Source: Octopus sinensis (taxonomy: Eukaryota). From it: 64,000 bases of DNA. The notes beneath the pieces are model-generated. The model was given only the letters and a program-made list of their open reading frames with translations. It was not told where the DNA came from and made no database searches. The position numbers and the translations under genes were made by a program. The DNA is taken from contig NW_021834672.1 of NCBI RefSeq assembly GCF_006345805.1, positions 1 to 64,000 of the forward strand, given 5' to 3'. The stretch's first letter is position 1. Every line of letters starts with the position of its first letter. Shown here piece by piece: positions 25,336 through 38,770 of the stretch.

Positions 25336-25956
25336 GCGTGTATATGTAAAAAGGCAGTCCAATATCTCTAGTTGGGATACGGTTAAAAGTTCAGACGCCA
25401 TGATGTATTCTTTAAATTTATAATCATTTTCTCAATTTTAAACCTAAATAAAAGTGTATCACCTAACTTTTTACAGCAATTAGAAGCCACGAAAAAAATC
25501 CCCAGCACTAATGGTTATTCATGAGACAGAAACACAACAACACAACACAAACATAACAAATATTAATAAATTAAATGAAAAAGTAAATGAACTATCATAG
25601 ATATATTAGCCTTCAAATCTAGACGTCTTTGAAAACTCTATGTACAAGATATGAAGTAAAGAGAATTTAAATTTTCAAATCGGTGTTAGACGAAAACATT
25701 CATTCTTTATTTAAAATGATTGTGATATAGATGCGCAAATGCTTTAGTGAAGAACTGATGAATAAATAAAAAGAAAAGCTAAAGAGCATCATTTTATAAT
25801 AGAATTTATTTAACGACTGCAATATTTGTGTTTTATTTGAAAACAGCTATTAACGAAAAGATAACGAAGGAACGTATAAAATATAAATGACAAATACACA
25901 CACATACATTCATATATATATATACATATATATAACATATATATATATATATATAT

Positions 25957-26031
<75 letters not shown>

Positions 26032-26398
26032 ACAGATTTATGTACGTAAACTCGTTAAGAATAAGCATTAGTCGTTTAAAATTTATAGGCGTTAAACTGA
26101 AACTATGATTATAGACAAAATCCGGAGACGCGCAGATATGAGAATACAGAATATACACGAAACTTAGTATATTCCTTGATATACATGTTCTACAAAATAT
26201 GGTACTACATACCGATGCATTCATACACTTACACTGTAAGTGTATTCATACACTTTGAATACATTTACAGTGTATTTAAATATTCATGTAATGGTAGCAC
26301 ATCTGTGATGTTCACAAAAGATGTAGGTTCGGTATAAGGACAGCCTTCGACATTTTTTCCAATCCAAAAGACCTGAGCCTAATCCAATATTCTCTATG

Positions 26399-26605
26399 TT
26401 ATTACCTCTGCCTTAGCAAAGGCGGAGGTATTGTTTCCAATCGTGTATGTTTGCTTGTTTGCTTGTTTGTTTGGCCGTGCACAAATATCTCAAGAACCGC
26501 GGATGGATTCGAATGAAACTTTAAGGGCTGTTCGGCCTCATGACTGGCACGACGTGATTAGATTTTGGGATCGATCCGCTACCGAACAAGGATTCGGGAA
26601 GTGAA
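26399..26605 (+). mobile_element. Helentron/DINE-1-like element 5' part
   Basis: Terminal hairpin ACCTCTGCC-TTAGCAAA-GGCGGAGGT (26404-26429), (GTTT/GCTT)n, then GATGGATTCGAATGAAACTT. Confidence 0.7.
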
Positions 26606-26617
26606 AAAACTTATTTT

Positions 26618-27135
26618 ATTTCTTTCAGTTATTTGAGTGCGGCCATGCTAGAGCACCGCTATTATTCGAGCTAATCGACCCCAGGACATATTCTTTGTAA
26701 GTCTAGTACTTATTCTATGGGCTTCTTTTGCCGAACCGCTCAGTTACGGGGACGTAAACACACAGACATCAGTTGTCTGGCGATGCTGGAGGGACAAACA
26801 CAGATACACAAACATACACACACACACACACACAATATATATATATATATATACGACGGGCTTCTTTCAGTTTCCGTCTACCAAATCCACTCAGAAGGCT
26901 TTGGTTGGCCCGAGGCTGTAGTAGAAGACGCTTTCCCACTGTATTTGTCCACCCACCTTCGCTTGACAGCCGATGCCGATGTGTTTACGTCCCCGTAAAT
27001 TAGTGGTTCGACCAAATAGACCGATAGAATAAGTATGAGCTTACAAAGAATAAGTCTTGGGGTCAATTTGTTCGACTAAAGGCGGTGTTCCAGCATGGCT
27101 GCAGTCAAATGACTAGAACAAGTAAAAGAATAAAA

Positions 27136-27138
<3 letters not shown>
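26618..27138. mobile_element. Two SINE-C copies in inverted orientation (minus 26618-26930, plus 26940-27138)
   Basis: The 3' halves are reverse complements, about 180-nt arms. Confidence 0.88.
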
Positions 27139-27190
<52 letters not shown>

Positions 27191-27199
27191 TATATATAA

Positions 27200-27530
27200 T
27201 ACAGTGTACATTAAAACACATTAAGAGGCTTCCATCATAGGAATTCTTTATGCTAGAAAGAACAGTTAAAGTCCAAGCCACTAATTAGGGATAAATTCTC
27301 GAAGGGAATGAAAAATAAAAATATTTACCATATAATTCCTGAACCATGGTTTCTGACTTATTTTAGTAAATAAAAATTATTATTTACCAGGCGAAGTCTT
27401 CATCAACAGGGACGCCAAAGATTAAATATATAAGCAACGAGGCCAATCCAGCATATCTCATTGCTTGTACATTTTAATTTTTTTCAAATCCACTGCGCAA
27501 GCGCAGTCTTTTTTGTCGGCAGCAAGAAGA
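27200..27530 (-). mobile_element. PLE-type terminal fragment with a hammerhead variant at 27338-27410
   Basis: CCUG-UUGAUGA-A-GACUU..AAGUC-A-GAAA-C-CAUG-GUU-CAGG; flanked by (TA)n. Confidence 0.6.
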
Positions 27531-27533
27531 TGC

Positions 27534-27577
<44 letters not shown>

Positions 27578-27774
27578 GGTGGTGGTTGTCTACTCCTTAT
27601 GCAGAGTTTGACCTCCTCCTGTACCTACTCCTTATAACCACCATGGCATCTAATGTGGCTTTTTAAACCAGACAATGTTTTCAAAAGACATCCACATAGA
27701 TTGCATATCCGATTTGGACTTCCAAGAGCTGCAGATAAATTCTGATCTTTGAGGATCTTAAAATGTCTTTTATC

Positions 27775-28103
27775 TTTTATCTTTTACTTGTTTCGGTCAT
27801 CATTAGACTGTGGTCATGCTGGGGCATCGGTCTGAAAGGTTTTTAATCGAAGAAATCTACCCCAGGACTTATTTTATTTTAAGCCTACTATTCTTTTCTA
27901 CTTCAGGCACAAGGCCTGAAATTTCGGGAGAAGGAACCAGTCGATTAGATCGACTCCACAACGCAACTGGTTTAATTCATCGATCCCGAAGGAAGAAAGA
28001 CAAAGTCGACCTCGGCGGAATTTGAACTCAGAACGTAAAGACAGACGAAATACCGCTAAACATTTTGGCCGACACGCTAGCGTTTCTGCCAGTTCGCCAC
28101 CTT
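27775..28103 (-). mobile_element. SINE-C tail fragment followed by SINE-A monomer with terminal tail
   Basis: Reverse-complement matches to both consensus sequences. Confidence 0.85.
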
Positions 28104-28491
28104 TTTAAGCCTCCTATTAATTCTATCATTCCCTTTTTCTGCGCAATAGATACAAGCCCTGAATGTCGAGTCCGAATTTAGCCTTTTAGTCGTGTCCTGT
28201 AGTTGTATAAAACAGCTACCATCTTATATTGCTATGGCATGGTGTTTTTTTGTGTTATACATACTACTCTGTTAATACAACACATTTAAATGGATGTTGT
28301 GAAAATTTCGAAAGCAAGTAATCAATTTTTATTCACTTGAGACTTTCCCGCAATTTTGAACTGTAGTTATTTATAACAGTTATGCACTTCAAATAGCTGA
28401 AAATTAACATCTTTTCTTCAATCATTTCTTTTGACATTTTGGCCAGAAAGTCCAGGTCAGTCAACAAAATACCTTGGGCAAGTGTCTTCTG

Positions 28492-28812
28492 CTATATTTC
28501 TGGGAACATCAATGCTTTGTGAGTGAATTTTGTAGGTCACATAATGTGTGGAAACCAGTTATACATGTGTGTGTGCGTGTGTGTATGTGTGTACATATAT
28601 GTATACATACATATATATATGTGTGTGCGCGTATCTGTCAGTTTCTGAGTGTATCTTTGTGTCTGTGTTTGTTCCCAATTGCCACCATTTGACAACCGGT
28701 GCTGGTTGCTGTACGTCCTCATAACTAGCGGCTCGACCAAAGCGACCGATAGTATACTAGTATAGGAGCCACACTTAAAAAATGAAAACATATACTGGAA
28801 TCGATTTGTTTG
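28492..28812 (+). mobile_element. SINE-C, degenerate
   Basis: CCTTGGGCAAGTGTCTTCT..internal (TG/TA)n..TTGACAACCGGTGCTGG..GATTTGTTTGACTAAA. Confidence 0.75.
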
Positions 28813-29379
28813 ACTAAAATCACTCAATTATAGCCACAATTATATATATGCATACATAAACGCATACACAATTATATATATGCATAGCCACAATTATATA
28901 TATGCATACATAAACGCATACATATACACACATGTCCACCTACATGGAGGACGACCAGAGTCCGAATAAGACTATTTCTTAAAATCAAGAGTCCAAGAAT
29001 TCCTGTGCGTGAGTTTGTTTTGAGTAAGTAAAATATTGCACGACACGTAACCCCCTTTTCAGTGAAAAACAGCTATAAAACCAGTGGCACAACAGAGTTT
29101 GAGACGACTAGAAACCAGCTGCGCTGGAAGATCTGGGGTTTTTTTAATACGAGTATAACTTCTCCAGAACTAGGAGCCTTTTATTCCCAGCTGTAAATAT
29201 ACTCAATGGTACGTGGCTGGGCTCTAACAACTGTTATTACTTCGATTTAGAGTAGCCTGAAGGATAAATAGTGGCTAAGAGGTGATTCCGCTCTCAGCAA
29301 AACCTCGAAGCTCCCACACCAGGGCATCACTATTGGATGCAATTAAAAGGCATACTCGCCACATACAAACATAATGCTT

Positions 29380-29427
29380 AGATACAGTATGCATACATAC
29401 AGAGTCCATACATACATACTACATACA

Positions 29428-29461
<34 letters not shown>

Positions 29462-30034
29462 CATACATAGAAAGCGAGTTCGAAGACTTCAGATCCAATC
29501 CATCAGTGGAACTATAAAAATCTGTAAAACTTTCCAGTAGCTTATCATTTAAATATATATGAGCGTGTCTAGATATGCAACTATATGCATGGGAATTCAT
29601 ACATACATAAAGCAAAACATACAAATCTGCACATATACATACATACATACATACATACATACATACATACATACATACAAAAATGCCCTGTTGTTGATGT
29701 TGATTCCAATGAAGGAGTCTTGGATCTAGGTTAGAAACCGGCTCTTTCTATATAGGCAAGAAATTTTGAAATAAAACTGAACAATGACATACATACATAC
29801 ATACACACACACATACATATATACATATATACATACATGCATACATACATACATATATACATACATGCATACATACATACACACATACATACATACATAC
29901 ATACATACATACACACATACATATATACATACATACATACATGCATACATACATACATATACACATACATACATACATGCATACATACATACATACATAT
30001 ACACATACATGCATACATACATACATACATACAT

Positions 30035-30066
<32 letters not shown>

Positions 30067-30460
30067 TTGGGTGTATGCATCGACAGTTCACCAAACATAC
30101 CAATTGAACCGCATATATACAAACACTGAGAACCCCTTTAACTCAAAGAACCTTGCTGCATTATTTGCACCCGGCTTGGGCTCTTTCAAAAAGAAGTTAG
30201 ATTAAACTTTAAGAAAAATCATGCATACATACAGGGGGAGAGAATGCAAATGCTCTATCGTATGCTACGACTGGTCACGATATCTTGGACAATAAAAGTG
30301 TGCAAAACCTTCTTAAGATTTAAAGGATGAGGTTAAGAGAAAATACTTTCCTTCACAACCTTACTACCAAGTAGATGGTCAGTCAAAATTTATTCTAAAA
30401 TTAAAGAGAGAAAACACGCATACATACATACATACATACATACATACATACATACATACA

Positions 30461-30492
<32 letters not shown>

Positions 30493-30500
30493 CGCATGCA
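29380..30500. repeat. (TACA)n arrays
   Basis: Direct inspection; arrays at about 29385-29465, 29630-29680, 29790-30065 and 30420-30495. Confidence 0.93.
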
Positions 30501-31022
30501 CCATGCATCCATAGGAATATGTTAATAAAGGAAATGAATTTTTGGAATAATTTCACAAGAATTCAAAGCCGACCTATAAAAGTTATATTAGTTAATACTT
30601 TGTATTTCTTTCATTATATTCCACTGTTTCTGGAGGATTTCCAAATTACAAATTAAAATCTTTCCTGAACGAGGTACTTAGAGGAAGCACTTGATAGGCG
30701 TTTCAGTCAAATGTAGATAATGTGCATTCAAGCTTATTCTGAACTCTGACATATTTTTGGCATGTGATAAAATTAATTTTACTTTTGCATGTTCGTGCAT
30801 TAATGTACTGGTAACTCTTAGTACGTGTGAACATAACAGTTAGATGTAATAATAATAATTAATCAGCTATGACGTACAAGACACTGAAGATATGCAACCG
30901 TTTAAGATTATTAGAAAACCTTTGGAGAAGTGAAAATAGGGGAAGCTTTTAGAGTGGAAATAAATTTGTGTACAAGACAGCGAACTCCCATAATCGTTAA
31001 CAAGCTGGATAAAATGCTTAAT

Positions 31023-31730
31023 GGTATTTCCTCCAGTTTTGCGTTCTAAGTTCAAATCCGCCGAGGTCGACTTTGCCTTTCATCTTTTCGGGGTCGATTA
31101 AATAAGTATCAGTTACGCACTGGGGTCGATGTAATCGACTTAATACCTATGTCTGTCCTTGTTTGTCCCCTCTATGTTTAGCCCCTTGTGGGTAGTAAAG
31201 AAATAGGTATTTCCTCCAGCTTTGCATTCTAAGTTTAAATTCTGCTGAGGTCGACTTTGCCTTTCATCTTTTCGGGGTCGATGAAATAAGCACCAGGGAA
31301 ACACTGGGGTCAATGTAATCGACTAGTCCCCTTCCTCGAAATTTCAGGCCTTGAGCCTATACTAGAAAGGATCATTATTATTATTGAATCGGCGAATTGC
31401 ACACCGAACGAAATGCTAAGCAGTATTTCGTCTGTCGCTACGTTCTGAGTTCAAATTCTGCCGAGGTCGACTTTGCCTTTTATCCTTTCGGGAACGATAA
31501 AATAAGTACCAGTTACGCACTGAGGTCGATATAATCGACTTAATCCGTTTGTCTGTCCTTGTTTGTCCTCTTTGTGTTTAGCTCCTTGTGGATAGTAAAG
31601 AAATAAGTATTTCGTCTGTCGCTACGCTCTGAGTTCAAATTCCGCCGAGGTCGACTTAGCCTTTTATCCTTTCGGTATCGATAAAATAAGTACCAGTAAA
31701 GCAGTGGGATTGATATAATCGACTAGTCCC
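31023..31730 (+). mobile_element. Tandem cluster of four SINE-A modules (probably two adjacent dimers)
   Basis: Four B-box/core modules; terminal tail GAAAGGATCATTATT at about 31365-31382. Confidence 0.88.
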
Positions 31731-31739
31731 CCAGCTTGA

Positions 31740-32470
31740 AAAACCCTGTGGAGAACTCTTGCAGTTTCGAGCAATGCTGAGGATTTTAGGTGTTCAACCT
31801 TGCACCCATCTTTCTCAGCCATGTTGGTAGTTAAGTGCTGATACTTCCAAGTGTGCCAATTACTACTGGTATCACTCTCTTCATTGCCCACAACCTTTGT
31901 ATTTCCCACTTCAAATCATCATAGTCGTTCTGGTTTTCTTCTTTCTCTTTGATCCTGTTGTCACCAGGACATGCTATCTCGATTATCATACAAGTATTCT
32001 TTTTCTGTTTTGTCCACTACAACAATGTCAAGTTTCCGATGTCTGGTCTGATGGTCGCACTGAATCATTGCATCCCACACAGGTTTTGGCAATCTTCATT
32101 CTCAGTTACTCCTGAGAATTTGGTCCTACCACATTTATATGCCGTGATTTCTAGAGATCTCTCAATGGACCATTCTTACCACATTGTCATCTCTTTTGTC
32201 ATCGTGTTGTACCAATTTCGGACATTCGCTAAGAATGTGCCATACCATTTCACCCCTTTCACCACACATTCTGCATTTGTCGCTCTCATTTTTGTTTTAA
32301 TTCTGCATCTTCACACAGTTCGTCCATAATGCTTGATCTTGTGTCGCGCATAAAAGCGCTTCTGTCTCTATTTTCAGGTCACTCCTCCGCATCCATAGCT
32401 TCCAATCTTGTGTATCTGTTTTGGCGTTCGTATCTCTTGCAAACTGACCCTTTATTTTTTTATTCCATGC
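31740..32470 (-). mobile_element. Second, more diverged Dong/R4-like 3' fragment
   Basis: WMRRSDLKIETEALLCATQDQAL, CRMCGERGE.VWHILSEC, IIEIACPGD, DLKWEIQRLW..VIPVVIGTLG and LLETARVLHRV; interrupted upstream by (CTTT)n at 32470-32610. Confidence 0.85.
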
Positions 32471-32501
32471 TTCCTTCTTTCTTTCTTTCTTTCTTTCTTT
32501 T

Positions 32502-32541
<40 letters not shown>

Positions 32542-33067
32542 TTTTTCTTTCTTTTTTTATTTCTTCCTTTCTTTTCTTTCTTTCTTCCTTTCTTTCTTTC
32601 TTTCTTTCTTGGTTCTTTTCATCTTTATTCGCTCCACGTAAAGCTTCATGCACACCCGCAAGGATCATTGTGGTTGTGGGTTCCCAATTCAACCCCAGAT
32701 ACTCGACGTTGTGCAAGGGTACACTAGTGCTTACATATGCATGTATGTGTGTATATATGTACATGTACATATATACTCATATACATGTGTATAAATATGT
32801 AATTATGAACAAATATCTAAATATATGTGTGTGTGTATGTATTTATACATCTTTATAAATATGTATGTCTTATGTACATACAAGTATACGTTTATATATA
32901 AACACACGCATACGTACACACACATGAAGTACGAGAAAGAAACAGAAAAACAAACATAATACCTATTTATCAATATGTATGTTAATATGTATATATATAT
33001 ATGTGTGTGTATGTGTGTATGTATATATATATACATATATGTATATATATATGTGTATGTATATATA

Positions 33068-33103
<36 letters not shown>

Positions 33104-33644
33104 AATCCGCATACATATATGCCTACACATGTGTTTACACGTCTTCTTTTTATTAAAGGCATAAAGCCTGAAATGCGTTTACACGTGTCTCTTGCGATTG
33201 TGTGTGTACATGTATCTATGCATGGGATTGGTAAGAAACCGCTGTTCACTCAGAGATGTTATATTTTACGCATCCCTCTTCGTGTTACCTTATTTTTATT
33301 AAAGGTGTCCCCATACATTTTTATTACTACTTTATGTTTAGTATAGGACAACGACGTTCCGAAATCTATGATTGGTTTAAGACCTTTTGGGAGATTCTGC
33401 ATATTAATGGAGCGGAGGCATTAGCTTTTATTACCGCGTGCAGGAGAATAACATCTTTACTAATAACTCATTGTGAGATCTGAAATGGTTTGACTGTTAA
33501 CTCTTTGATTATGTTGCTCTTTTCCGTGTTTCAAACGCTGAACTGCAGCCATGTTGGAGTCATACTAGCTCTTATAGGGCTAGTTTAACGAATGTATGCT
33601 TCTCTTCCTTGAAGACTGATACTTATTCTATTTGTATCTATTTA

Positions 33645-33997
33645 TATGGCTGCGAGCTGGCAGAAACGTTAGCACTCCGGCCGAAAGGCTTAGTGGTATT
33701 TCGTCTGCCGTTACGTTCTGAGTTCAAATTCCGCCGAGGTCGACTTTGCCTTTCATCCTTTGGGGATCGATAAATTAAGTACCAGTTACGTACTGGGTCG
33801 ATGTAATCGACTTAATCCTTTTGTTTGTTCTTGTCTGTCCCCTCTATGTTTAGCCCCTTGTGGGTAATAAAGAAATATTCTATTCGTATCTTTTGCCGAG
33901 CGCCTAAATTACGGGGACGTGTACAAACTAACACTACTTGGCCAGCGGTAGTCCAAAGGGGAGGGACAAACACAATGATACACACACACACACACAC

Positions 33998-34034
<37 letters not shown>

Positions 34035-35210
34035 TTTTGTACATAAGACGTGCTTTTTTAAAGTTGTGTTCTATCAAATTCACTAATAATGCATTGATAG
34101 GTCGAGGCTACATTGTTTACTTTTCTACTCTAGGCACAAGGCAACTGGTACTTAATTTATCAAACCCCGAAAGGATGAAAGACAAAGTCGACCTCGGCGG
34201 AATTTGAACTCAGAACGTAAAGACAGACGAAATATAGCTAAGCATTTCACTAAGCGTGCTAACGTTTCTTATTTCTTTATTGCCCACAAGGGGCTAAATA
34301 TACAAGGAACAAACAAGGACAGACAAAGGGATTAAGTCGAATACATCGATCCCAGTGCGTAACTGCTACTTAATTTATCGACCCCGGCAGACGAAATACC
34401 ACTAAGCACTTCGCCCGGCGCGCTAACGTTTCTGCCAGCTCACCGCCTTCAGTCAGGGCTACATTACAAGACACATGTCTTAGGTGCCACACTCTGGAAC
34501 TTGATCCGAAACCACACGGGTGCTAGGAGAACAACCTAGTAACACAACCATACCCATGCCTAACCAAATTCTCTCACAAAACATTGGTTGGTCCGGATCT
34601 CTAGGACAAGGTGTCGCGCAGTGGGACTGAATCTGAAGCCACGTGGTTGCGAAACGAACTAACTTAAGATTACTTTCCCAGTTTATTTCACGTGTGTTTT
34701 ATCATTGTGCGTGTGTTGCTTTTTATTTTGTTATTTGGTTTAGAAGATCTCCATGTGGGAACGTAAAATATTTTTTATTAAATGACAATATGGTCAATGA
34801 TGTAACGGTTATACCAATACATCAGTCTTATTTACTTACATATCAATAATAATTTATGATTCATTATTAACAGTAATTATTTCGGGTTCAGCCCCATTGC
34901 GAAACATCAAAGTCAAGTGTCTTCAACTATAGCATCGAGCCGACTAATGCATTGCGGGTGAATTTGGCAGGCGGAAACTGTGAGGAAACCTGTCATATGT
35001 ATGTCTCTGTCTGTGTGACTTTGGTGACAGTTCTGTCTTCCACCACCACATGATAACTGGTGTTGGTTTGTTTATGTCACTATAGCTTAGCTGTTAGGCG
35101 GAAAGAGACCTTTAGAACAGCAATAAGAACTGGGGTTGATTTCTTCGACTAAAGCCTGTACAAGGCCGTGTCCCAGCTTGGCTGCAGTCCAATGAGTGAA
35201 ACAAGATGAA
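33645..35210. mobile_element. SINE cluster: SINE-A (+ 33645-33875), SINE-C pieces (- 33880-34115), SINE-A (- 34130-34450), SINE-C heads (- 34450-34665), SINE-C (+ 34880-35210)
   Basis: Direct matches to the window consensus of each family. Confidence 0.8.
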
Positions 35211-35339
35211 GGTAAGACATTAGTTAGTATACCGTAGCTATTTACCACATTCTGTTGTATGTAATTCTATATAGAACGGTAGTGTTAGGAACTAAGTTTT
35301 GTTTCCCTATTCTATAACAGTTCCTTGTTATTGAACATT

Positions 35340-35817
35340 TGTACATATGTGTGTGTGTGCGTGTGTGTATGTATATATGTATATGTATATATATTTGTAT
35401 ATGTGTATATATGTGTGTGTTTGTGTGTGTATATATACACATATATACATGTATATATGATGTATATATGCATACACACACGCACTCACACGCATATATA
35501 TGTATGTGTATATATATATTATTCACATATACATATATATATATGTATATGTATATATCTATATATATATGTGTGTGTGTGTGTATGTGTATGTATACGT
35601 ATATATTATGTATATGTATATATATAATATGTATAGTATATATGTGTGTATATAATATTATATCTACATATATATATATATATAATATATATATATATAA
35701 TATGTGCGGCGTGTGTTATTCAAATATACATATATATATGTAAATGTATATGTATATGTGTTTGTGTGTATGTATATATATATATATACCATACATACAT
35801 ATATATATGTATGTATG

Positions 35818-35856
<39 letters not shown>

Positions 35857-35900
35857 TATATATAAATATACATATTTGTATATAATATACACATATACAC
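35340..35900. repeat. (TA)/(TG) compound microsatellite
   Basis: Direct inspection. Confidence 0.92.
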
Positions 35901-36624
35901 AGAGCTAACTGCACCATCTGATTCACTACAGTACCCTGTGGCGGTTCTTTCGTTGGATCTTAAACGTGTTATTAACAAAAGGTAGGCACATGATCTGTTT
36001 CTCGTTGACCACGAAGAATCATACACATCTTTCAGTTGAATTACGTATCTGTGGGTGGTAGTTATTTTGTGTTGAGGTCTTGATCTCGAGATAAGTCTTA
36101 GATTTGAATAGACGCCAATACTTCGTCCAGCTTTCTCCAGATATCTGGAAATTTTCCGAGCGCGTGAGTGGAATCACAACTTAAATGCATGTTGCAGTGT
36201 TTTATGAGTTGTTATGAGGTGGTTAAATCATAATATATTATCAAATGTGCCTTGAAATTTCCATATCAGATAATCAATAGTTACTGCAAACATGTTGAAT
36301 TTGATCAAATCACAACGGACTATTCAATTGGTAATTAATAACTACATTTACAGTTGCGGTCCGAAATGTTCATAACGGCATTGTTTTCGTCAGAAAAGTA
36401 GGTATAATTTTTTACCAAACTTGTTTTATATTCTATAACTTTCGCAGACAATAAATACAATATTATTTGTTATTGTCTGAGATTTTGGTGTAATTTGAGA
36501 GGATAATACCAAAGTTATGGATGATTTAGTGATTTACTGCAAAACCCATGGCGACCAAAATGATCAGAACGGTTTAAAAAATAACAAAATAATTAAAAAT
36601 GACATATATATATATATATTATAT

Positions 36625-36820
36625 ATATAAAGGGAAAGTTTACGAAAATAAACAAAAGATGAAGGCAGGTGGAACACAAACAAACAAATGTATTAGTATA
36701 GCGCTCAGGAATAGAAATAGAAAAAGTCTTTTACGTTTCGAGCCTACGCTCTTCGACAGAAAGATACACAGAAAAAAAACAAGGAGAAAAAGAAATGCGT
36801 GTAGGAGCTAACGATCTATG
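36625..36820 (-). mobile_element. PLE-type terminal fragment with a minimal hammerhead variant at 36727-36764
   Basis: UCUUU-CUGUCGA-A-GAGC-GUAG-GCUC-GAAA-C-GUA-AAAGA; inserted in (TA)n. Confidence 0.65.
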
Positions 36821-37686
36821 CATATACATACATATATATATATAATATATACATATACGTACATACATATATATTAGCAATGTTAGTTAACGACAACAAT
36901 TGTGACAACAGCAATAATGATAACCATAACATCCCCTACACAAACAAGTAGCAACAACAATAGCCATAATAGGCGTAGGAGTGGCTGTGTGGTAGGTAGC
37001 TTGCTTACCAATCACATACCTACACTCTGTCTTATATATATATATATATAGGCACATACGATCATATTTAATAAGTTTGGGTACCCTCGACATAGAAAGA
37101 CATACGCAGAAATGTTCTCGCGATGAGTGAAAAACCCACCATCGGAGTAAGAATTACGTTATCTGATCGGAGGCAGCCATCGTGTTTCAGCCTCATTGCG
37201 CGTCAACAGCACATCATTTTTCATAACGTTACAGCTGTTTCCCACCTCCTTTCAATCGTGCAGCACCTGTTTACAGCTAAATAGACTGGACCATTATGGA
37301 GAATAGAACCTTTGCCACGGACGTAATGCTTAGCCAGAGATAGGATAAGAACTGTTGATCTTTCAACTCGATTATCTCTAGAATCTAAGACAGAAATAGC
37401 GATATCGAAATAAGAATATAATAAAGTGTAACCAAAAGGTTTCAGAGTTGATTTATGTAAAATTCAACACTTTCTTTGATCACCAACATTTTATAAGAAG
37501 ACTTCTGCAAGTGAACTTTCGAGGTGATAATATATTATAGAGGTGTAGCATATTTCTTATACATACATTCACGTATATACATATACTTATATGTAAGTAT
37601 ATATTGTATATATGTATACACATGTATGTGTGTGAGAGAGAGAGAACGAGTGTGTGTGTGTGTATGTGTGTGTGTGTGTGTGTGTG

Positions 37687-37857
37687 TGCATGTGTGTGTG
37701 CGTACATACAAGTTTGAAATGGACACATTTAAACAGAATCACGCAAACTACACACAGAATACACACGGAGACACATTTATATATGTATACACATGTATGT
37801 GTTATATAGTGTGTGTGTGTGTGGTGTGTAAAATATATATATATATGTATGTATATT

Positions 37858-37893
<36 letters not shown>

Positions 37894-38064
37894 CATGTGT
37901 GTGTGCGTACATACAAGTTTGAAATGGACACATTTGAAACAGAATCACGCAAACTACACACAGAATACACACGGAGACACATTTATATATGTATACACAT
38001 GTATGTGTATATATATGTGTGTGTGGTGTGTGTGTATAAATATATATATATATGTATGTATATT

Positions 38065-38100
<36 letters not shown>
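37687..38100. repeat. ~205-bp tandem duplication bounded by (TG)n
   Basis: AGTTTGAAATGGACACATTT..CAGAATCACGCAAACTACACACAG starts at 37711 and 37916. Confidence 0.93.
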
Positions 38101-38136
<36 letters not shown>

Positions 38137-38734
38137 ATATAATATATATATATATATGTATGTGCTTAAATAGACATAATATATATGTACATTTATATAA
38201 ACACATATGTGTGTATATATATATACATATGTGTTTATGTGTGTGTATATATGATATACATACATACATACATACATACTGACTTAGAGATTGAACTTCT
38301 GCGAAGACAAGCAAACACATAGACTTACTCATATGAAAACATATACACATAACAATAAAAACACACATATGCACACGCATATACACACACGCTTTCATCT
38401 GAGACACAGTCACATAGACGCATAGACAAGTGTAAAGCCCTTACATTCAAAGAAAAATGTTCACTAATATACACCAACACGCACACACAAACAAACACAC
38501 ACAGGAAATGCAAAACATTCACGACAACAATGACTAGAATAATATAGCAACAATATAAATGAAAGTGTATGTGTGTAGATCAGGAAAAAGGCTCCGAAAC
38601 GGTGCGTCGTCGAGAAAAATGGGTTTCATTTTCGAAATCTGCGTCCCAACGGGGAGGCATTCAGTGATTAGTAATTTTAAAAAAATATAATTTGCTATGG
38701 GAAATAACTCGACTTTTAGATCACATTTGTCATA

Positions 38735-38770
<36 letters not shown>

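Noticed and set aside
27387-27460. Signal-peptide-like minus exon MRYAGLASLLIYLIFGVPVDEDFAW with a GTAAAT donor
   Set aside because: It overlaps the hammerhead motif of a (TA)n-flanked PLE-type repeat, so it is most likely coincidental
31023-31730. CRISPR-like look of regularly repeated SINE-A modules
   Set aside because: Units are about 180-bp homologous modules with no unique spacers and no cas genes, in a eukaryotic context; no prokaryotic system is visible anywhere in the window
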